The translations under genes were made by a program, and so were the position numbers. A model generated the notes under the pieces. That model made no database searches. It saw nothing but the letters and a program-made list of their open reading frames with translations, and was not told the origin of the DNA. Shown piece by piece: positions 27,105 through 34,769 of a stretch of 40,464 nucleotides of DNA. How positions within the stretch are numbered: position 1 is the stretch's first letter; every line of letters begins with the position of its first letter. This stretch comes from a virus (taxonomy: Duplodnaviria > Caudoviricetes). The DNA lies in IMG/VR virus record IMGVR_UViG_3300024265_000115, positions 1 through 40,464 of that record; one strand, written 5' to 3'.

Positions 27105-27109
27105 TATGA
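25868..27109 (+). CDS. DNA (cytosine-5) methyltransferase, alpha-type polypeptide (motifs I-VIII and X)
   Basis: LSLCTGYGG (I), GYPCQPFS (IV), FENV (VI), PHKRQRLFI (VIII), RLRLCGNGVVP (X). Confidence 0.9.
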   Translation: MANPQELTVLSLCTGYGGLELGLSRALENPLRVVAVEIEAYALANLVAKAEEGKLAIEALYPDLKTFPAERFSGCFDIILAGYPCQPFSVAGKRQGTDDPRHLWPHIAELIKAIRPVWCFFENVAGHLTLGFPEVYCSLRDMGYSVEAGLFTASECGAPHKRQRLFILANSASVDDRLRCRNEHGQDEAVEGRRAADGRDSQPDSSSNGTRWPARPGEPQYEWEEPRVTTVGDAKKQDKLKRGKCGVHAGQEANEERQANIDNTDGSSAMANPSQGRAGDHERTAGRGARREDVRQGDGAAGSVRADAAGELGNSQSKRCGETGEHNRRPPERTTGTSGELGDATTNKQRRSLQSGNDGQGFTAGGSGGKSGAKAQSGLGRAANGPGRQVDRLRLCGNGVVPQQAELAFRSLI

Positions 27110-27318
27110 CCTACCCACGAGGCTTCACAACCCCCGCTGAGAGCCAGGCCCTCGCCGATAAGGTGATTGACCTGATTTCCAATTACAACGGCACACAGGC
27201 CGAAATGGGACGGTTAAAGAGGTATATGGGCCAGGAGCACAGATACACAAAGGCGCAGGGCCGTGATATTGATAGTATGTGGGGTAGATTCAAGCATAAG
27301 AAGAAGTTTAGGAAATGA
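27106..27318 (+). CDS. Hypothetical protein
   Basis: AGGAG RBS; coupled to neighbouring genes. Confidence 0.6.
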   Translation: MTYPRGFTTPAESQALADKVIDLISNYNGTQAEMGRLKRYMGQEHRYTKAQGRDIDSMWGRFKHKKKFRK

Positions 27319-28154
27319 AACTTCCAATCAATACCATCATAGAGGGCGACTGCCTCGAAGTCATGGCCGACTGGCCGGATGGGTGTGTGGATTTAGTGGT
27401 TACATCGCCGCCGTATGATGACTTACGAGACTATAGAGGGTATCATTTTGACTTTCAGGCTATCGCAGGGCAATTATTCCGCATTGTCAAAGATGGTGGT
27501 ATTGTGGTGTGGGTGGTAGGTGATGCTGTTAAGGATGGATCAGAAACCGGCACAAGTTTCCGGCAGGCATTACAATTCATGCACATTGGCTTTCGTCTCC
27601 ATGATACTATGATATACAATAGACCTTGTGCGTACCCTGGGAATACAAGATATAGTCAAGATTTTGAGTATATGTTCGTATGTACAAAAGGGAAGCCCAT
27701 CACTACCAATATCATCAAAGATATAAGAAGCCTGACAGCCGGTCGATCTGCTATCAAGAAAAACAAGTTACTTAAAAGCGGATTGCGTACAGACGAAACA
27801 GGTACGAGATTGAGGCCAGAATTCAAGGAAAGACCTAATATTTGGACGTATAATGCTGGCGGCGGACACAATGATCCAATAGCCCACGAACATCCAGCAA
27901 TATTTCCAGAAAAACTTGCAATCGACCATGTGAAAAGTTGGAGCAATAAAGGTGATATTGTACTTGATCCCATGAATGGCTCCGGCACTACGGCAAAAGC
28001 CGCCAAGAAGCTCGGACGCCGCTATATCGGTATCGACATTTCGAGCGAATATTGTGAAATCGCAAGGAAACGATTAGAGTCTACCGATACGGGCGTTCCT
28101 GTTAAGGAAAGAGACAAAGGGCAGATGCCTATGTTTCCTGTCCATGATGAATGA
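27315..28154 (+). CDS. DNA methyltransferase, N6/N4 family, beta arrangement (probably N4-cytosine)
   Basis: GDCLEVM, VTSPPY, HPAIFPEKL, VLDPMNGSGTT, YIGIDIS. Confidence 0.92.
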   Translation: MKLPINTIIEGDCLEVMADWPDGCVDLVVTSPPYDDLRDYRGYHFDFQAIAGQLFRIVKDGGIVVWVVGDAVKDGSETGTSFRQALQFMHIGFRLHDTMIYNRPCAYPGNTRYSQDFEYMFVCTKGKPITTNIIKDIRSLTAGRSAIKKNKLLKSGLRTDETGTRLRPEFKERPNIWTYNAGGGHNDPIAHEHPAIFPEKLAIDHVKSWSNKGDIVLDPMNGSGTTAKAAKKLGRRYIGIDISSEYCEIARKRLESTDTGVPVKERDKGQMPMFPVHDE

Positions 28155-28578
28155 TACGATGACAATTAGCACAGACAAGTTGAACAGAATCGCGTTCTTT
28201 CCAATACCGTACCCATCGGTTTTGATTGCGTTTCCATCGTTTATCCTTGCCATTAGGGTGGTGAATGTCCAATGCCACAATATTGTCAAAGCTGCACAGT
28301 TCACATTTGTTGCCTTTGTACTCAAACAAACGTGCTTTATAACCTCGGTAGTAGTCGGACTTGAGTTGTCGTCCGCGTCTTTCAGATTGCTTGTTACCTT
28401 CGGCAGCACACTTCGGAGAACAGTATTTGCGAGTGGGGTCAGTGTTTTGTTTACCACAAATAGGGCAAGTGGCATGGCCCCACCGAGCAGTCAAATAGCA
28501 TTTCAACGAGCAGTATTTACCCCGTCGCCTATCGTATACATAAAACGATGTTTTGCAGTGCTGGCATTGTGCTTTCAT
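28129..28578 (-). CDS. Zn-finger HNH endonuclease
   Basis: CQHC, YCSLKC, CPIC, YCSPKC, then C..C...LDIHH...LVCANCHRIIH; own promoter TTGACG(28613)-17-TACTCT-6-ATG. Confidence 0.85.
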   Translation of the reverse strand: MKAQCQHCKTSFYVYDRRRGKYCSLKCYLTARWGHATCPICGKQNTDPTRKYCSPKCAAEGNKQSERRGRQLKSDYYRGYKARLFEYKGNKCELCSFDNIVALDIHHPNGKDKRWKRNQNRWVRYWKERDSVQLVCANCHRIIHHGQET

Positions 28579-28629
28579 AGAATAAGAGTATCGCACTATA
28601 CTGGAAACGTCAAGCACAATAATACTAGC

Positions 28630-28731
28630 TTCGAAGAGTACTGCGCCATTGCCCGATCTCGTCTTGAGGCGGTAAGTACAGGTGTTCCAGTTAAAGAGCA
28701 GCGACAGGGCCAAATGGCGATGTTCCCATGA
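28630..28731 (+). pseudogene. Orphan second copy of the MTase 3' end
   Basis: Encodes EEYCAIARSRLEAVSTGVPVKEQRQGQMAMFP*, versus SEYCEIARKRLESTDTGVPVKERDKGQMPMFP in the intact gene. Confidence 0.8.
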
Positions 28732-28757
28732 AAAAAGCCCGCCATTGACGACGGGCT
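28730..28757 (-). terminator. Intrinsic terminator between convergent transcription units
   Basis: AGCCCG/CGGGCT stem followed by a T-run on the minus strand. Confidence 0.6.
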
Positions 28758-28780
28758 GAGTCTTTGGTAGGTGGAGAGGC

Positions 28781-29032
28781 TTAATCTCGGCCAAAGCCTA
28801 AAGGCCATTCAATACTATCGCTTTCGTCACAAGCGGATTCAATATCGTTTTGTATTTGCTCTAACGTCTCGATAGCAGTGTCCAGTTTTTCAGCGACAGG
28901 ACTGGAGTCCAGGTTCTCGGGTAGGTTGTCGCGCCATTCCTGGTACTCATCCTTGACGCTCTCAAGTCCGTCCAATGCTGCACGTATCGTCTCGATGGCA
29001 TCTTCGCAACGTCTAGCTCTTGACTTTGCCAT
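28781..29032 (-). CDS. Small acidic phage protein
   Basis: DE...WRDNLPENL..S...EKL motif; GAGAGG RBS. Confidence 0.75.
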   Translation of the reverse strand: MAKSRARRCEDAIETIRAALDGLESVKDEYQEWRDNLPENLDSSPVAEKLDTAIETLEQIQNDIESACDESDSIEWPLGFGRD

Positions 29033-29129
29033 GATTCTTGTCCTCTCTAAAGGTTAAGGGTTAGTAGTTTGATTTATAAATCCCCGCTTGTGTTGCCACT
29101 ACGACCGTGAGACGCCGGGCGGGGAGAGG

Positions 29130-30776
29130 TTAACCGGCAAGAAGTCTTTGCCCTTCTCGCACGCCAAACAGTAAATTGCTCTTGAATTTTGATGTTGCAA
29201 AGTCAATGTCAATGCCCATTTCGTCTACCGCTTCTTGTGGAGTCTTGATCCAACCGAGCAGGCGGCTTGCCTCAACATTGAGGGCCTTGATGAACTCTTG
29301 GTCGAGCTTCATGTGGACGTTGCCGTTTTTGAAGCATCGGACTTGTGCAAGCAACGTCCCATTAATAGCATAGAAGCTGTGTTGCTTGTTTGATTCCCAT
29401 TGCTTCGTGTGTGTGCTGGCGACGTTAGCGAAGCCGAGGTTGTTCGCAATTGTGAAAACGTTGTTGATGAAAGCGTGGCAGTTCTTATACAGATTGTTCG
29501 GGTAGTCATAACCACCGAATTCTCTATCATAGATCGCACAGTGCTGGCTTGAAATGATCCTATATTCGAGCGTGTAGTGCGTATGTTCTTCGCCCTGGCT
29601 CCGACTGTATCGCCAGCCGTCCTTTTCCCATGTCTTAAGATTTGACTTGTAGTTCTTGACACACTCAGGCTCCGAGAGTTCCTTGAATACCTCAGTCAAT
29701 TGGTCGTCGATATACTGGTTGGCGTTCTTGATAACCCACAACACGACAGCGTAAGCATTGTCACTGCTGAAATCAATATTGCAACTTGCGTTTAGTTTCT
29801 CCAGCATACTGTCTCTGGATTTGCTTGTGAGCCGGTTGGTTATCTTGTCGAGCCTGTCGAACAACTCATGCCAGTATTTACATTTGAGTCCTTCAATTTT
29901 GAGTTTGAGAGCTTTCTTCACTTCGTCGGCTGCAATGCCGATTTCGTTCAATAATGCCTTGTCAAGCTGGGAGAGGGTTTTGTAATTCTCGCCAAGCTCT
30001 TTCATTTCGGCAGTATACAATTCGACCAAGCGTTCAACGAGGTTCTGCCCTGGTACGAGTTCTTTCAATGGATCCGGCCGCTCCGTCTCGTCGTCGTCGA
30101 TGTGTTTCAACTCTTCAAAGCCTGCAAAGTGCTCTGTGAACCATACGTCGAAAGGATCGTTATCTGATTTATCCCAACTACTCTGCGACTTGACGTGCAG
30201 CATGATCTTGACAATATCCACTTTCGCCCGTGCTTGCCTATCGGCGTCCAAGAAATCACCCGACCAGATAACCCTAGCCGTGAGGTCTCGTTGTTTCAAT
30301 GCCGCTTCAATGAGCTTTGAGCTTGACCACCGCTCGGGCATGATAAGATAAACCTGGTTGGCGTTTGCCTCTTTGATAACCTGTGTGGCCCATGCTTCAT
30401 ATTCTGAATAGGGCGGATTACAGAAAACAACGTCAACGTTTTTATCAATTAGCGTTTGGGCGTGGAAGTCAGTACCGACAATACTGATGTCAGGCGGCAT
30501 GTTCTCAATGTGAACGATTGACTTTTCAATGGCGTATTTGTCGATGGAGCTTCGGAAACGTTCATATCGTGCGGCCTCATCACCTCGCTGCGACCGTGCA
30601 AAGCAGAGCTTGTCGATTCTTTCCAGCACCCGCCCATCGCCCGCGCCAATATCCAGCATTGACGACAGGTTCCCACAATGCCGAAACACAACTTGAATCA
30701 TTTCGTCGGTCGTCGGATACCATTCAAAATCTTGCTCGTGTTCTTTGAGTAGAGTTAGTTTGTTTCTGGTGTTCAT
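29130..30776 (-). CDS. SAM-dependent DNA methyltransferase, DUF4942-like
   Basis: FEWYPTT, LDIGAGDG, FCNPPYS; C-terminal FKNGNVH; RBS before MNTRNK; possible longer form from ATG 30893. Confidence 0.8.
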   Translation of the reverse strand: MNTRNKLTLLKEHEQDFEWYPTTDEMIQVVFRHCGNLSSMLDIGAGDGRVLERIDKLCFARSQRGDEAARYERFRSSIDKYAIEKSIVHIENMPPDISIVGTDFHAQTLIDKNVDVVFCNPPYSEYEAWATQVIKEANANQVYLIMPERWSSSKLIEAALKQRDLTARVIWSGDFLDADRQARAKVDIVKIMLHVKSQSSWDKSDNDPFDVWFTEHFAGFEELKHIDDDETERPDPLKELVPGQNLVERLVELYTAEMKELGENYKTLSQLDKALLNEIGIAADEVKKALKLKIEGLKCKYWHELFDRLDKITNRLTSKSRDSMLEKLNASCNIDFSSDNAYAVVLWVIKNANQYIDDQLTEVFKELSEPECVKNYKSNLKTWEKDGWRYSRSQGEEHTHYTLEYRIISSQHCAIYDREFGGYDYPNNLYKNCHAFINNVFTIANNLGFANVASTHTKQWESNKQHSFYAINGTLLAQVRCFKNGNVHMKLDQEFIKALNVEASRLLGWIKTPQEAVDEMGIDIDFATSKFKSNLLFGVREGQRLLAG

Positions 30777-30928
30777 TGTCGTTACCCTTTCAGATGGTGC
30801 AGCCGCACCGAGCCATGACAACGCCAGTTGAAATGTGCCCGGATTGGCTGCGTGAATGTGTTGGCTAATTTGATATCCTAGTGGCGTTGTCATAAAAGTA
30901 TTATCGACTATCCCTCCCGCAAACACAA
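30777..30928 (-). promoter_or_regulatory. Promoter plus structured leader (instance D)
   Basis: TTGTGT-17-GATAAT-6-ATG(30893); ATGACAACGCCA perfectly complementary to loop 30826-30815. Confidence 0.7.
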
Positions 30929-31200
30929 GGACAATTCTTGAGAATGCGCAATTTGGTGGAACATATTCGACGAGCGCAGCCAAATGCTTATTTTTGGGCT
31001 AAATTACCCATATTACTTTTCTAGGAATATTTCAAGATTTGTGTGGACGAACAAGGTTTGTGATGATATCGTAGGAATTGTAGAACGTTAACGGAGTAAC
31101 ATTGTGACGACAATGGATGTTGACAAGACAGTAATGCGGGAACAGGATGTATTTGGCCGTTGGAAGCGTTTATACACCTTGAACCCTGGTAACAGCTTTG

Positions 31201-31249
31201 AACGCCCGGAGCTTTATCTTAACCGATAACAAGCCGAGGGCGTTTTTTT
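31201..31249 (+). terminator. Hairpin with U-tract in the divergent control region
   Basis: AACGCCC...GGGCGTT followed by a long T-run. Confidence 0.5.
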
Positions 31250-31555
31250 TAGACATGAAGGTATTATCGGTTATGATAAAAAAAGCTTTGCCGACAAGGA
31301 TGTTAAGCTCTTTGAAAAAAGCATATTGCGGACTGTACTCGATAGGCCCCGTGACACGTCTAAGACACGTTGCGGACTTGGCCAGGGAGTTGCGGGGTTC
31401 GCCCAACTATCAAATGTCCTGCGCCGTCTGCCCGCTTGACGACAGGCCCTTATGTTACACTGATTGCTCGGCCTAACAAGCCACCGTAAAGCTTAACAGT
31501 CCTTATCCCAGTAACATAAGGACAAAAGCGGTCTTGCGCCTAAAAAGAGGACGAA

Positions 31556-31813
31556 ATGAGCAGGAAAAACGGATATAGACTAACAACGGCAAACTTGAAA
31601 ACTCGGGGCTTAACAAACGAGGAATACCAACAGCAACGTCTTGAGATTGCCGCGACAGAGCTATTGGAACACAAGGCCAAGTATCGTAAGGGTAAGAAGA
31701 AAGCCTATAACCCAGGCAAGAAGAAACGCCGAGATTGGCCGGGTAAGATACCATACTCTGATTGGCAGCACATGCAGAGTATAAAGCAGGAAGTGAAACA
31801 CTCTTTAGGATAA
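31556..31813 (+). CDS. Basic hypothetical protein
   Basis: GAGGA RBS; K/R-rich. Confidence 0.6.
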   Translation: MSRKNGYRLTTANLKTRGLTNEEYQQQRLEIAATELLEHKAKYRKGKKKAYNPGKKKRRDWPGKIPYSDWQHMQSIKQEVKHSLG

Positions 31814-31819
31814 GAGAGA

Positions 31820-31945
31820 ATGAAACACGTTCCAAATGCGTTGACGACAGAGACTCTTGACAAGTCCGATAAGGGAGAAGATATGCATGAGTTCTCCAGT
31901 ATTGAGGAATTGATGAATGAGAGCCAGTTGGAAGATAGAGACTGA
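31820..31945 (+). CDS. 41-aa peptide resembling the C-terminal toxin-binding region of DinJ/RelB antitoxins (not in ORF track)
   Basis: MKHVPNALTTETLDKSDKGEDMHEFSSIEELMNESQLEDRD; AAGAGAG before ATG, 6 nt after upstream stop. Confidence 0.65.
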   Translation: MKHVPNALTTETLDKSDKGEDMHEFSSIEELMNESQLEDRD

Positions 31946-32168
31946 GCAGGGGCGTTACTTGTATTGCTTTTGTCCGGAATGTTCAATGCCCCTAAGAGGT
32001 AGTCGGAAGACTGATTGGCTTTGGTGTGCGAATAAGCGATGTAGCTTTGCAACAACAAAAGGTAGGTTTTGCCGGGAGAATAAAGCGATTGATATCAAGC
32101 CAAGTTCTCCGGCAATTGACGAACGAGACAACAGGATTAAGATGTTACTACGCAAGGTTTTTGTATGA
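31917..32168 (+). CDS. Zn-ribbon hypothetical protein
   Basis: CPEC...WCANKRC; GAGGA RBS. Confidence 0.5.
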   Translation: MRASWKIETEQGRYLYCFCPECSMPLRGSRKTDWLWCANKRCSFATTKGRFCRENKAIDIKPSSPAIDERDNRIKMLLRKVFV

Positions 32169-32192
32169 AACTTAAAAAGAAACACCAAAGTC

Positions 32193-32360
32193 TCATTCAG
32201 CTAATCTATCTCTGATGGACTGCTCCCATACTCGAAGGTCAGCCGTGCGTTGCTGTTGGCCGAAGAACAGCCGTAAGCTGGAGATATACGGATCTTCACG
32301 CTGAACAGCACAGCCAGAGCAAAAGAGTAGAACGAACAAAATAATCTTGAATATTCTCAT
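32193..32360 (-). CDS. Small lipoprotein
   Basis: MRIFKIILFVLLFCSGC lipobox; TGG-TATAAT 7 nt before ATG (leaderless). Confidence 0.6.
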   Translation of the reverse strand: MRIFKIILFVLLFCSGCAVQREDPYISSLRLFFGQQQRTADLRVWEQSIRDRLAE

Positions 32361-32406
32361 ATAACCCATTATACCACAAAAAGAAGAAAAGTAAAGGATT
32401 ACTGAG

Positions 32407-32490
32407 ATGCCCCACAAAGGATCACGGCCATACAAGATCAAGCCAGGCCACAAAAGACCCAAGAAGGCCAAGAAGGTGCGGAAGAGATAG
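32407..32490 (+). CDS. 27-aa highly basic peptide (not in ORF track)
   Basis: MPHKGSRPYKIKPGHKRPKKAKKVRKR; AAGGA RBS; TAGTG coupling to terminase small subunit. Confidence 0.45.
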   Translation: MPHKGSRPYKIKPGHKRPKKAKKVRKR

Positions 32491-32897
32491 TGGCGAAGAA
32501 ACGGAAAAAGAGCAATCGGGGGCCGGGTAAGCCGAAGAAGGTAATCACGCCGGCAAAGATGAAGAAGGCCGAGGGCTATGCTCTTGATGGTTGCCAGAAT
32601 CACACTATCGAAGTGCTGATGGGATGGCCTAATGCCTTCATTGAGAACCGAAAAGATATTACTAAAAAGTTGCAGAAAAAGCGAGCGGAGCGGAAACAGA
32701 AGCTTCGTAATGCTCAATATGTGAACGCCACAGAGAACCACTCAAACACGATGCAAGTTTTTCTCGGAGTGAACGAACTTGACCAGAGGGATGTCAAAAC
32801 ACAGGAAGTCAGCCGACAGACATTGGCAGACATTGCTGCTATTGTCGGCGCTGAGTTGCCTGGGGATAAGCCAGATGGTAACGGCGACAAGTCTTGA
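32490..32897 (+). CDS. Terminase small subunit
   Basis: GRP-like N-terminus, HTH-like core, Q....A......M.VFLG.N.L.Q.D motif; directly before terL. Confidence 0.7.
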   Translation: MAKKRKKSNRGPGKPKKVITPAKMKKAEGYALDGCQNHTIEVLMGWPNAFIENRKDITKKLQKKRAERKQKLRNAQYVNATENHSNTMQVFLGVNELDQRDVKTQEVSRQTLADIAAIVGAELPGDKPDGNGDKS

Positions 32898-34482
32898 CAG
32901 GGCTATTGACGCCCGGCGGATTGCTTTCCAGCAAGACCCTATTGGCTTTGCGGTAGAGGTGTTGGGGATGCGTCGGGATTGGATTTGGCCGAAGATGGTG
33001 GAAATGGCCGAAGGTGTCCGGGACCATCAGCGAGTGGCCGTGCGGGCCGGTCATTATGTTTCAAAGACCTATGGCCTTGGGCGCATCATAGTCCCTTGGT
33101 TCAAGACATGCTTCCTTCCCAGTACAGTAGTAACCACAGCCCCGAGCGATAATCAGGTTCGTAATCAATTGTGGAGAGAAATCCATGCCGCTTACTCAAG
33201 TGCCAAGGTTCCATTAGGAGGAACAATCACCGCCTTGCAGTGGGACATGCAACCCCACAAAGAAGTACTCGATGCTCTACCCCCGGAATCCCGCGCCAAT
33301 TGGGCCAAGAACTTTGCGATAGGCTTCTCGACCAGTCCGGATTCAGCAGCCGACCACGCCACAAAGATGCAGGGCTGGCACAACGAGTGGGTATTGGTGG
33401 TGATTGACGAAGCGTGCGGCATGGCTCCGCAGATTTGGAAGACTGCAAACGAGGGGCTTATCAATGACGATCAGTGCAAGATCGTCGCGATAGGCAACCC
33501 GACTGACCCTGAGTGTGAGTTTGCGCAAGCCTGCTACTCTTCGGACCCCATCAAGAACGAAGGTAAAGAACCATATATCAGTGACAAGGGCTGGTATGTG
33601 ATAACCATCGACGCCCGCGATACTCCGAACTACATCGCCCGTAGACGTATTATTCCCGGATTAGCAAGCTATGAGTGGGTCCAGGGGATATTCGAGGAGT
33701 ACGGCGAGGACGGGGACGGATCGAGGTATCGTGTTAAGGGTTTGTTCCCGACGTCGAAGGAAGGTACGTTTTACGGTGATCTGCTCGCGCAATCGCGGCG
33801 GGATGGTCGAGTGGGTGAGTATCCGCACGATCCAAGCTATCCGGTGTATACGTTCAACGATTATGGTGACAAATGGACGGCGAGCATCTTTGTGCAGTTT
33901 ATCAAGGGTAGAATTCGCATTATCAGCGACTATTGGGATTACGAGGGGCAGGGTGCGCCGGGTTGGGCGGCTGTTTGTACGGCGAGGGGTTACAATTACG
34001 TCGATCATATAGCCGGACCGGACCTTGATCCGAACACAGGAAGCAACCGCAAGCCGTTCGCTACCGGCCAACTCCTCGTCACGACATTGCAGCAGTTGGG
34101 CTATACTGTGCAGGCTTGTGAGTCACATTCTTTTGACGACGGTATTCGTGTTGGACGTCAAGTCTGGCCATTGATTGAAATTAACCAGCCGGAATGTTCG
34201 ACCTTTCTACAAGCGGCTGGTGGGTATGGACGCAAGAAGAACCTTGCGCTTAGTACGGCCAATCATCCTGAGTATCATAATCAGGTAGCCCAGACCTGGC
34301 ACCGTCACATCATGGACGCATACAGGCATTTGGCGGTCATGTACCGGATTCACCAGTACAAGGGAGACACTATCGAGGGGTTGTACGACTACAAGGCCCT
34401 CGGTGTCGGTAAGACTTCATACAGTAACAACGTTCTATTCCGGGGCATGTTAGCCGGAAGAAAGGGGGCCAAACGTGGATGA
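32875..34482 (+). CDS. terL: Terminase large subunit
   Basis: Walker A-like AVRAGHYVSKT, TTAPS..QV...LW.EI, Walker B VVIDEA, IGNP, RVKGLFP, nuclease HIMDAYR. Confidence 0.9.
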   Translation: MVTATSLDRAIDARRIAFQQDPIGFAVEVLGMRRDWIWPKMVEMAEGVRDHQRVAVRAGHYVSKTYGLGRIIVPWFKTCFLPSTVVTTAPSDNQVRNQLWREIHAAYSSAKVPLGGTITALQWDMQPHKEVLDALPPESRANWAKNFAIGFSTSPDSAADHATKMQGWHNEWVLVVIDEACGMAPQIWKTANEGLINDDQCKIVAIGNPTDPECEFAQACYSSDPIKNEGKEPYISDKGWYVITIDARDTPNYIARRRIIPGLASYEWVQGIFEEYGEDGDGSRYRVKGLFPTSKEGTFYGDLLAQSRRDGRVGEYPHDPSYPVYTFNDYGDKWTASIFVQFIKGRIRIISDYWDYEGQGAPGWAAVCTARGYNYVDHIAGPDLDPNTGSNRKPFATGQLLVTTLQQLGYTVQACESHSFDDGIRVGRQVWPLIEINQPECSTFLQAAGGYGRKKNLALSTANHPEYHNQVAQTWHRHIMDAYRHLAVMYRIHQYKGDTIEGLYDYKALGVGKTSYSNNVLFRGMLAGRKGAKRG

Positions 34483-34765
34483 CGGAAGCGATGACCCGGT
34501 TATAGATGAGGCCAAAAGGATTGACGACAGCTTATCCAAAGCTTTTGGTTTAGGTGAGCCGAGTAAAGAACGGGGTGAAGCGAGGGAAGCAGAGCGAGCG
34601 GTAGAGGCTCAATTCGCATCTGAGTTCGAGGAAGGCCCGGAGCCCACTACACCAAGGACAGGCGGTCCCGCACGTAGGCCCTCAAAGCGTAGGCGGTTCA
34701 GTGCTACTCAGTTCGCTAATGAATGGCTACCGCCCATATTGAGCGATGCAGGATTATTGGGATAG
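34475..34765 (+). CDS. Hypothetical protein
   Basis: Between terL and portal; ends ...RRR...LLG, typical of this position. Confidence 0.6.
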   Translation: MDDGSDDPVIDEAKRIDDSLSKAFGLGEPSKERGEAREAERAVEAQFASEFEEGPEPTTPRTGGPARRPSKRRRFSATQFANEWLPPILSDAGLLG

Positions 34766-34769
34766 GAAT

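Noticed and set aside
28144-28731. 195-aa plus-strand ORF
   Set aside because: Antisense shadow of the HNH gene; only its last ~33 codons (orphan MTase tail) are meaningful
31170-31258. Fifth instance of the leader switch (MSKKNALG uORF, minus strand)
   Set aside because: The loop is complementary to the -10 region upstream of the AUG rather than to the 5' codons, and no gene follows; kept only as part of the control region
32361-32741. N-terminal part of the listed 182-aa minus ORF
   Set aside because: Overlaps terminase small subunit antisense; the real gene probably starts at 32360
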